Part shown: positions 56,004 to 64,000 of the stretch, piece by piece
How positions within the stretch are numbered: position 1 is the stretch's first letter
Layout of the letters: each line of letters opens with the position of its first letter
NCBI GenBank assembly: GCA_013416795.1
Contig: RQSC01000008.1
Location: 8,767 to 72,766 of the forward strand
Length of the DNA: 64,000 nt
Direction: 5' to 3'
Source of the DNA: Prasinococcaceae sp. CCMP 1430
Taxonomy: Eukaryota; Plantae; Prasinodermophyta
Position numbers and translations under genes: made by a program
Notes under the pieces: model-generated
What the model saw: the letters and a program-made list of their open reading frames with translations, nothing else
Database searches by the model: none
What the model was told of the DNA's origin: nothing

Positions 56004-56184
56004 TAGTAGTGTAGGGTGCGATTACAATAAGAGAAGACGCAAGCGCAAGGTTGCGTAGCGCGCGTGTGTAAGATCTAGGTGCATGAGGATAGCTCGCTCT
56101 CACACATGCACCTAGATCTTACACACGCGCGCTACGCAACCTTGCGCTTGCGTCTTCTCGTATTGTAATCGCACCCTACACCAC
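56004..56184. repeat. Head-to-head inverted pair of element 3' ends (about 77-bp arms, about 20-nt loop)
   Basis: 56004-56085 is the reverse complement of 56105-56184 with few mismatches. Confidence 0.9.
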
Positions 56185-56364
56185 TCTTCACACGGCTCCG
56201 GATACTCTCATACATCCAGCTGTACACACATACAGGCTACTACCGCCTACGTTCGCCGAGCATACGTCAATTTTTTCCCCCACACGGTTTTTTTACGGAC
56301 GTACCCCTCGCGGATGCCAACGATGCTTCCCAAGGGGCGGTTGAAGGCGTCGTCGTCGTAGCGC

Positions 56365-56720
56365 TACGCGAACATCTGCGCGCACAACCACATCCAGTTC
56401 CACCCGCTGGCGTTCGACACCCTGGGCCGTGCGCACAGGTCCACCACGGGTGTCATCCGTCACCTCTTCACCAACCGGGACGAGGCAGCGGACTCAGGCT
56501 GCTGGGCGAAGGATAAGGTCCTTCGAGTCCTTGCCGACGGCCTGCACAGTTCATCGTCGGCATGCGTGCTCCGCCCGTGCGGCGTGCACACACACGACCG
56601 CCCCAGGCGCCGCTCTCGCGGCAGCGCTGCGGGCGGATAGCTAGCTTTCACTCATGCCCTTACTTCTTAGCGCGCTACGCAACCTCTCGCTTGCGTCTTT
56701 CCATACTGTAATCGCACCCT
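56365..56720 (+). mobile_element. Older diverged copy of the RLE-LINE 3' end
   Basis: YANICAHNHIQFHPLAFDTLGRAHRS aligns with 54478-54556 and ends in TGTAATCGCACCCT. Confidence 0.8.
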
Positions 56721-56894
56721 TAGCTACATCGTTGAGGTGGAGCGGCAGCGACATGAGCCAGCTCGGGCACCAGTGTCTGGCGTGGCGCATGTTGAAGCTG
56801 GTGAGCATGCGCACGAACCTAGATCTTACACACGCGCGCTACGCAACCTTGCGCTTGCGTTTTCTTGCACTGTAATCGCACCCTGAGCAGCAGG

Positions 56895-59800
56895 CTACAC
56901 AATGACCTCGAAGACCAACAGCAAGTACCCAGTTGCAATGGTCACGGACAAGAGCATCGTCGTGAAACCGTATTTTGTATACTGCGTGGCGACAGAGGTG
57001 AAGCGATGTCAGATTGAGGGCCACTAGAAACGAATTTTTGTTGCGCAATGCGTGTGTGGATATGATATGAAGGAATGAGTAGCGTACTCACCTGCACGAA
57101 GCCCACATGCGTGCCATGCTTCTCAGCAAGCCCCGCCATGACTATGTTTGCACTAGCGCCGACGAGAGAGCCATTCCCACCAAGATCCGCGCCGAAGGCC
57201 AAAGCAAAGCCCAATGCCTCGATGGTAAGGCCGGGCACTGTGTTGACAAGCTGGTCAACCACCGACACAAGGGCGACGCTCATAGGAATGTTGTCCAAGA
57301 AGGCGCTGATGACTGCCGTGCCCCACACGAGGATGACGATCGCCACGAGTTGCCGCTTGTCCTCGTCCACGCTTACAATGATGTCCTCGAACACATCGGC
57401 GATCGCCCGTATGAGCCCCAGCTCCGCGAGTCCCTCCATCATCACGAAAAGCGCGGCAAAGAACAGCAGCGTTTGCCATTCTACTGCCTCCAGGGGGCCG
57501 TCAATGTCGTGAGGCGTCGCCACCAGCAGCAGCAGTGTAGCGCCCATGAGGGCGATCCAAGAGGGGTCCAGATGGTGAACGGGGTGGAGCAGGAAGGCGA
57601 GGACCACAAAGGCCAGCACGATCATGCACTGGTAGAAAAGGTGCGGCTTGGTGATCTTGAACTGTGACCGGAGCGCGAGCAAATTGTTGTACTCATTCAG
57701 ATCCCTCCCGATGCCGTACGAACGGAATTGGAAACGGTACAGCACAAGCAAGAAGGGAATAATGAGAAGCACCCCCGGAGCCTGTGTCACGCGGCCATTG
57801 GCAGCAAGGGCGCGTGTTCCGTCCCATTTTTACGAGGCAGGCGGGTAGAAGGCGCAGAAGTCAGAGTTGTGCCAGTCATGTCGGCATCATCGCGCGCGGA
57901 CACAACGAGACAGGCCTTGGGGCATTCATCCGCACCATGTACACGATGAACTTGACAAACGTGAGCTCGGGCAGCGCGTTACCGATGATGATGTTTGGGG
58001 GATCGCCGATCAGTGTCGCCGCGCCCCCGACGTTGCTGAGCATTGTTTCTGTCAGTAGGTACGGCATCGGGTCGACATTCAGGGACGAGCAGATCTGGAT
58101 GGTGACAGGCACCAGCAGTAATATGGTCGTGACGTTGTCCAGAAACGCTGACAGGAATGCTGTCGTCACTCCGAGAAGCACCAGCAACCGGTAGCTCTTG
58201 CCTCGAGCGAAGCGCACCACGGAGAAAGCTGCCACTTCAAACGCACCCGTTTCTGCCAGCAAGCCGACAAGGACCATCATGCCAAAGAGAAGACTAAGAG
58301 CGGATGCGTCGATCCACTCCACGACAAGTGCCATGCTCGGCGCCTTGTTGGCGCACAGGAGGAGGCCCAACACTGCGAGCGCGCGAACACGTGTCAGCGA
58401 CGGAGTGTCGATTCGAACATGATGCGTGTGTCAGGTCCACTACCACGCTGGCGGTGCCGCGCACATAGGCGGCATTGATCTACAATACCTCTGTGCCCGC
58501 ACACTCGCGCCGCGCCGCGATTAGGACGGCGGCGCGCACGCACCGAGAAAAGAGCCGATCATGGCAGCGAGCGTCCGATGGAGCAGCTCAGTGGCGATGA
58601 TAAGCAGGGTGATGATGAGCACTGCGAGCCCGAACCAAATCTGCGCGGGCCCAAACCATCCGAGTTGCAGAGGGTGAATCTCCGCGGCAATTGCCTCGCC
58701 ATTATCCGACACGGACACGTTCAGCACGACCGGACCAGCCCCGCTCGTGTAGGCGTCCATCGACTGGATGTTACTCCACGTGAGCACATAGTACTTGGCG
58801 GCGTCATCCGTCGTAAAAACTTCGGGGTCAGACAACACTATAGCCTCACCGACGCTGCCGTTGGCTGCGGCCATGCTTCCCCCGTCCTGCTGTAGCGTGA
58901 CGGTGACGTTGCGGGGAGGCAAGTTGCTGCTTCCGTGCGAGGCGCGCGCGCTGCCCACACTGCCAGAAAATTTGGACTTGGAGCGCCTCCCGGCGGACTG
59001 AAGCGCGGGACCCAGGCTGAAGAGCGACGACATGAATGACTTGCCGGACGCGTGGGGGCTGTTGTTTGACCCGTGCACAGGTGCCGTTTCGTCCGTGGAC
59101 GGCACCGTCAGGTGCACCTCGATCCATGTCAACGGAGAATCGTTGAAGACATAAAGATAGGGGAGCTCCGGCGTGATGCCGTAAGTGTGCTCTATAAGCT
59201 CGTCCTCGGGCAGCCGATCCTTGACGAAGGGGAACAACACCAGCAGGCCGATGCAGAAGAGTGCGAGAATAAGTAGTCGTAGTTTGACCATCCGCGGGTG
59301 AACCCAGAAGTCGTGCAGGCGGTCACCGAACACTCTGCGCGCGGGCTGGCTGAAAAATGACGGTCGAGTACGCAGATCGCCAGCCTCCATAGCCTCAGCT
59401 GCGTCATCTGCGTCCATGAGGCCGCCTGCCGCTGCGCTGTCTGATTCGGCGCCCTCGAGAAGCTGCACTTGCGACGCCGACCGCGCGAGGCCAAGACTGT
59501 GACCATACGCAGCCAACTCACTGCGCTGCTTGCGCGAGAACCTGCCTGTCGCGCCTGCGTGGACATCATCACGTGGGCGATCTGCCTTTCCCTGCTGCCG
59601 CATGCGCAGCCCAATGCGCAACCCCGCACGCTTGCGCACGAGCCGACCCAGCGCCTCAGAGTCCTCGAAGCCACCATTCTCAGGCGCGCGCTCTTCGTCC
59701 TCTCGGAGGGCCTCGAGGAGCTCGCCTAGAGCGTCGTGGGCGCCACCGAGAGAGTTGTCGAGATGCTGAGGCAATTTCGACTCAGCGCCCAGCTTCTGAC

Positions 59801-61019
59801 GGACTGCATCGTTCAATAGCGCCGCTTCTTGCAGCGAAGCTTCAAGCTTCGAGATATTCACCTGGCGCCGCGAGAGGCGGCCGTCTGCACCGTCCCCGTT
59901 TGCGCGTTCATTGGCACCACGGTGTTCCCCATTTCGTGCCGGAGGCCCGCCGTCGCGTCCATGATCGCGCACTGCGGCCAGCGTGAGCGGGCGCCGAGTC
60001 GTCCTTCCGCGTCCCGAGGTCATCGCCTGCTGGAGCTCCTTGGCCACCATTTCTCCCTGCACACCGCAGATGGTCATACTGTTGATAGGTGTCATTTCCT
60101 CCGAGCCAGCCGTGTTGGGAGTCTCGCACATACCGCCTCCCTCTTCCGCCGTGATGGCGCTGGCAGGAGCCTGTGGCTCGCCCAGCACCGTAGCACCGCC
60201 GAAACGCACAGCAGCCGGGGCCATTTCGATGCCACCAGTCGACACACCTGCCTTCTGGGTCGAGTGCTGCGCGCTCGGGTGCGATGGCAGCGCCGCGATG
60301 GCCGTAGCCAGCTGCGCACGGTCATCGGCGCTCATCGAGTCGAACGAGTGAGGCGCGCCAAATTCAGAATCATCGACCCCAGTACCCAGATTGCGATCCA
60401 TCGGTGCGTAGGGCTGTGAGTTTTGTGAGGGCTGGTGAAGTTCTGCATCCCCGTCAAGCTCGGCCGCGCGAGCGAAGAGGTCGGTCAGCGACGACCCCGA
60501 CCTCACCTTCTGGGCGCGCAGCTTCGCTCCAGCGGCTAGTCCAGCCTTTCCCTTCTTCCGCTCCAAGGTGTGAGGAGGCGGCAGCTGCGCAGCACTCGTG
60601 GCAGCCGCGCCACGCTGTGACTGCGAGGCACGCCAGCCTGACGCATCTGGCCCCTTCTCCTCGTTCTCGCGCTCGTGACGATGCATGCGTCGCGATCGGC
60701 TAAGCCTGAGTTCTGAGGCAAGGCGACGCCCTGCAGCACCGCTCACCGTGCCTGCGGAAGACCGATCATCGTAGCCTCGCGTTAGCATCGCCCCAGATCG
60801 CCGCTGACCAGTCGACTCGCCGGGCGCAGCAGCTGCCGCGTGAGCATTCTGCAACGGATGCTGCACGGCCGGAGCGTGCGCATGCATGCGCTCCTCCGTG
60901 GCGGCGTGACTGGTCGCCATGATATCCACGCCGCCGCGGCCATTCGAGGCCGCGTCCGAGTCCGAGTCCGACATTTGTGAGTAGGGCGGCACGGGGGCGT
61001 CCTTGCTGAAATGGTCCAT
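56895..61019 (-). CDS. OCA2/P-protein-like anion permease (ArsB/NhaD superfamily), 4 exons
   Basis: HRTLAAM, LLFGMMVLV, SAFLDNVTTILL, SNVGGAATLIGDPPNIII, VEWQTLLFFAALF, SAFLDNIP, LGGNGSLVGASAN; last exon YTKYGFTTMLLSVTIATGYLL. Confidence 0.9.
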
Positions 61020-61898
61020 GGCGTCCGCGCCTCAGAGTGCAAAGCCGCGAGCGTTCGCACAAGGATTTGAGGCGACGGACACACACGGCGGGGTGTCTCC
61101 CAACAACTAGTGTGCCGCGCGCCGCCCGCGTGGGACGCAAGCCCCCAGCGCGCCTGCAAGGTCCCAGCGCGCCCGCCAGGCCGATGTGTTTGCAGCCAGG
61201 CAGAGTCGGACCACAGAGGCAGATATGTGCCCCACCCTGGTCGCTGCCACCCTCCGAGTCGTCAAAGAATTCGCTCGCGCCGCCACACCGAGCGAGAGTG
61301 GTTGCACACAATCTCGCCGCCTCCCCTCGCTGCGTGTGCCCCGCCGCGGCGCGGTGTGGCGCCGGCGTCATGAGTCATTCTCTCCTCCGGTGACCAACGC
61401 GGGCACGCGCGCGCCCCACGTCACGGTACCCGTTCCTGACCCAGGTGGCCCCGCGACCCGCTTCGCCCGCCCCTGCCACAGGCAGCGCCCTCGATACCCT
61501 CCCCCCTCCTCCCCCCTCCACCTCGCCCCGCGCGCACGTAAACGTGGCGCGCCCGCGGCGGCTGCGCGCTGCCAGCCGACCCGCGCGCACCTCAGTCAGC
61601 GCCCCATCAATCACACGGCACGGACCTTCATCAAAGAGCAAGGCCAGCTGAGCACGCCCTCAGAACTCGCTGGCCGCGGGACTGGCCAATTTACTGTAGG
61701 GTTTGGGGCGCCCACGGGTGCTTCCAAGAGTGGCGGGCGCCGAGGGAGGGTTCGCATAGTACTACAGTAAGGAGAAGCTTTGAAGCGAAAAGGCGTGCTG
61801 CATTGCGCACGAGCGTGAGCAACAACGAGCGCTTGGGGCGTGCTGGGTGATACATCTGTGTACACTACGCAGTTGGCAGGCGCACTCGCGCGCCCCCC

Positions 61899-63698
61899 TC
61901 AGTCCAGGACGATGGGGTCGTCCCGAGTGAGGCCGCGCGCCGCGCGGTCGCGCGGGCGCGGCTTCTTGCGCGGCGACGGCCCCGCCAGCCGCTGCTGCGA
62001 GGCGACGCAGCCCTCCTCCAGGCCGAGTCCGACGGCACCACGGGCCATCGCTGGCACGAACTCGTGCTCGTCCGGACGTACGGCCAGGTACTCCCTGCGC
62101 CACTCTTCGCTCAGCATGTGGCCCGTCACCGTCGCGGAGCCGTATTCGACGCTGTGCCAGAGGAGCACTTCCGACTCGCTCCTGTCCCGCAGCTCCAAGG
62201 GGAAAAACTTGTCTCGAACTTCCGCGCTCGCCTCGGACGCCCATCGGCGCGCGTCAGCGCTTCCAGCGCGCAGACCCTCGGCTCGCTCGAGCAGCGCAGC
62301 CGCGTGGCGCCGCTGCGTTTGAGCCTTCTTGAATATTCGCTCCAGCGGGGCAGGCAGTCCGTCGGGCGCCTTATACATGCACGCAAGAACGCCCGTGTCC
62401 AAGAGCCTCTCGCATTTTTCGAGGAGATCCAGCGCAGCCGCCAGGTGCCTGTCCTCGATGCCGGGCAGAGCTGCGTCGCCGGCAGGCACGCCCGCTCCGC
62501 GATGCGCGAGCCGTGCGCACGCACCGACCGCCACAGGGATGGCGCGAAGCAGGGTGGGCACCGCACCGGAGCCAGGCTCGACGGGCAGCACCTTCAGCGC
62601 GCGAAGCGCAAGGGTTACCTCTTGGCCGCTCGCATCCTTGTCCTGCACGCGGGCACGGGGGCGCGGGTGAGCCCAGCAGCGTCGGGCCCGGAAGATGTCA
62701 GCATTGATGAGCGGCATTCGCAAGAGGGCAAGAGGCTGCGCCGCGCATTGCTCTGCGTCGGGGCTCGCGCAACGCACCACAAGCGCCATTAGCAGCGCGT
62801 CCATCGCGTCGCGTGCATACGGCGACACCTGTCGCGCCTGCTTCCCGTTTTCCCCCTTGCATGAGACGGACAAGTGTACAGCCACCGCACCCTCCACGAC
62901 CGCGAGAGCAGCTGCGCGGCCAAGCCGCGTCCAGCTGCCCTCGCCTGCACCATTGACTTGCACTCCGGCAGCCTCAGCCAAAATTCTGCACCACGCGCTG
63001 GACCACGGCAGCTGCCATGCCGTGGCTGACGGCCCCCGGCCCAGCAGTTCGGCGAGCTGTGCACCAAGGACAAGGTCACCAGGCGCGCGGCGGTTGCGCA
63101 AAGCTCGCAGTAGTGTCACAGCGCGGGCGGGGGGACCGTGCCTTGCGCGAGGATTGCGCACGTCGAGTACGCCGTCTATTCTCTCCAGAAAGTTCCGCTC
63201 CCCGTTCTCAGTGAGTGAATGCTGCTGGACCTCGACCCTTTCCGCCTCGCGTTCGTGCTGCCGGCGGCAGTGGTGGTCATGCTGGCCTTGGTCCTGATGC
63301 TGCTGATGTTGCTGTGGCTGCTGGTGCTGTTGGTGCTGCTGCTGCCGCGGGCGCGGGGCGTCCAGCTGCGCGGGTTCTCGAAGTGGCGCCAGCTCTGGTG
63401 TGCCTGCATGCTTAAGTTTGGCCTTCCCTTTGTCGCGTGTCGCCGGGGAGTGCCTCGGCGAATGATCCAGCGCGCAAGGCGACTCTGGGGGCAGACGGTG
63501 CCGCTGCTCGGGCGAGCCCGCCAGCGCCTGCGTACACGGCAGCTGGGAGCCGACAGCCCCTCGGCTCGTGCCTGGTCGCTCGCCGCTGTTGCTCCCGCCC
63601 GTGGGCGCGGCCTGCGACTCCCTACCCCCCTGCTGCTGCTGCACGGCCTCCGTCGTGCGCCGTACCCCCTCAGGCGGCGACCAGAGCGGCGCGCTCAT
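61899..63698 (-). CDS. Hypothetical protein (Q/H-rich N-terminus, helical core, KKPR NLS-like and PIVLD SIM-like tail)
   Basis: ATG-initiated 599-aa ORF; no family recognised. Confidence 0.55.
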   Translation of the reverse strand: MSAPLWSPPEGVRRTTEAVQQQQGGRESQAAPTGGSNSGERPGTSRGAVGSQLPCTQALAGSPEQRHRLPPESPCALDHSPRHSPATRDKGKAKLKHAGTPELAPLREPAQLDAPRPRQQQHQQHQQPQQHQQHQDQGQHDHHCRRQHEREAERVEVQQHSLTENGERNFLERIDGVLDVRNPRARHGPPARAVTLLRALRNRRAPGDLVLGAQLAELLGRGPSATAWQLPWSSAWCRILAEAAGVQVNGAGEGSWTRLGRAAALAVVEGAVAVHLSVSCKGENGKQARQVSPYARDAMDALLMALVVRCASPDAEQCAAQPLALLRMPLINADIFRARRCWAHPRPRARVQDKDASGQEVTLALRALKVLPVEPGSGAVPTLLRAIPVAVGACARLAHRGAGVPAGDAALPGIEDRHLAAALDLLEKCERLLDTGVLACMYKAPDGLPAPLERIFKKAQTQRRHAAALLERAEGLRAGSADARRWASEASAEVRDKFFPLELRDRSESEVLLWHSVEYGSATVTGHMLSEEWRREYLAVRPDEHEFVPAMARGAVGLGLEEGCVASQQRLAGPSPRKKPRPRDRAARGLTRDDPIVLD

Positions 63699-64000
63699 GC
63701 CGCAAGACGTCCACAGCGGGGGGCGCGCCGTTTCGTCGCGGCGCGGAGGGCACGCACCACGGGGCCTGCGCAGCTAGCTCCGCTTGCCCAAGCGCGGTCC
63801 CAACCCCTCGATGCTTCCAACTCACCCGACGCGCACGCTCTCTCGAGCCTCCCCCCAACACCACCCTCCCCCCGTCCGCGCGCTGTCCGCGCGCCCTGTG
63901 GCTGCGCCCGCGTGCGGGCGCAGGTGCGGGCGCAGGTGCGGGAGAGGTACATGTACAATGTAAATTGATATACACGAGCACCTGTAGAGAGGCACAGTAG

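Larger units (their letters stand above)
50625..56884. mobile_element. Nested retroelement island
   Basis: Lower GC, decayed ORFs, integrase/gag/protease/RLE motifs and many copies of one 3' terminal sequence. Confidence 0.85.

Overview
This is eukaryotic, very GC-rich, gene-dense nuclear DNA. Short spliceosomal introns (GTGCGC/GTGAG donors, CTGAC branch points, YAG acceptors), TGTAA poly(A)-type signals and TTTAGGG-like motifs point to a green alga (prasinophyte-like); the taxonomy is an inference. It holds about 22 protein genes: SSADH, a GFA/CENP-V-like protein, a 4CXXC zinc-finger protein, NAPRT, SMC6, a DUF4787-like protein, TFIIS, ALG2, a DYRK kinase, PDS5, a KDM4-like JmjC demethylase, acyl-CoA thioesterase II, an EF-hand protein, IFT20, an Hsp110-like/TPR fusion, two Pro-rich surface proteins, an OCA2/P-protein-like permease and several hypotheticals. 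The accessory segment (about 50.6-56.9 kb) is a nested retroelement island. It starts at a head-to-head telomere-like junction and contains a copia integrase relic, three tandem-repeat families, a decayed non-LTR retrotransposon with a restriction-like endonuclease, and a gypsy gag-protease fragment separated by an in-frame UGA-CUA. At least 8 copies of the non-LTR element's 3' end sit there as inverted, tandem and hairpin units. Other oddities: a 30-bp-phased motif array at 25.7 kb, ALG2 and DYRK apparently starting on opposite strands of one CATG, and an orphan actin-like first exon. All homology calls come from motif recognition by eye, not database searches. Two N bases and several 5' frame anomalies suggest local assembly errors.
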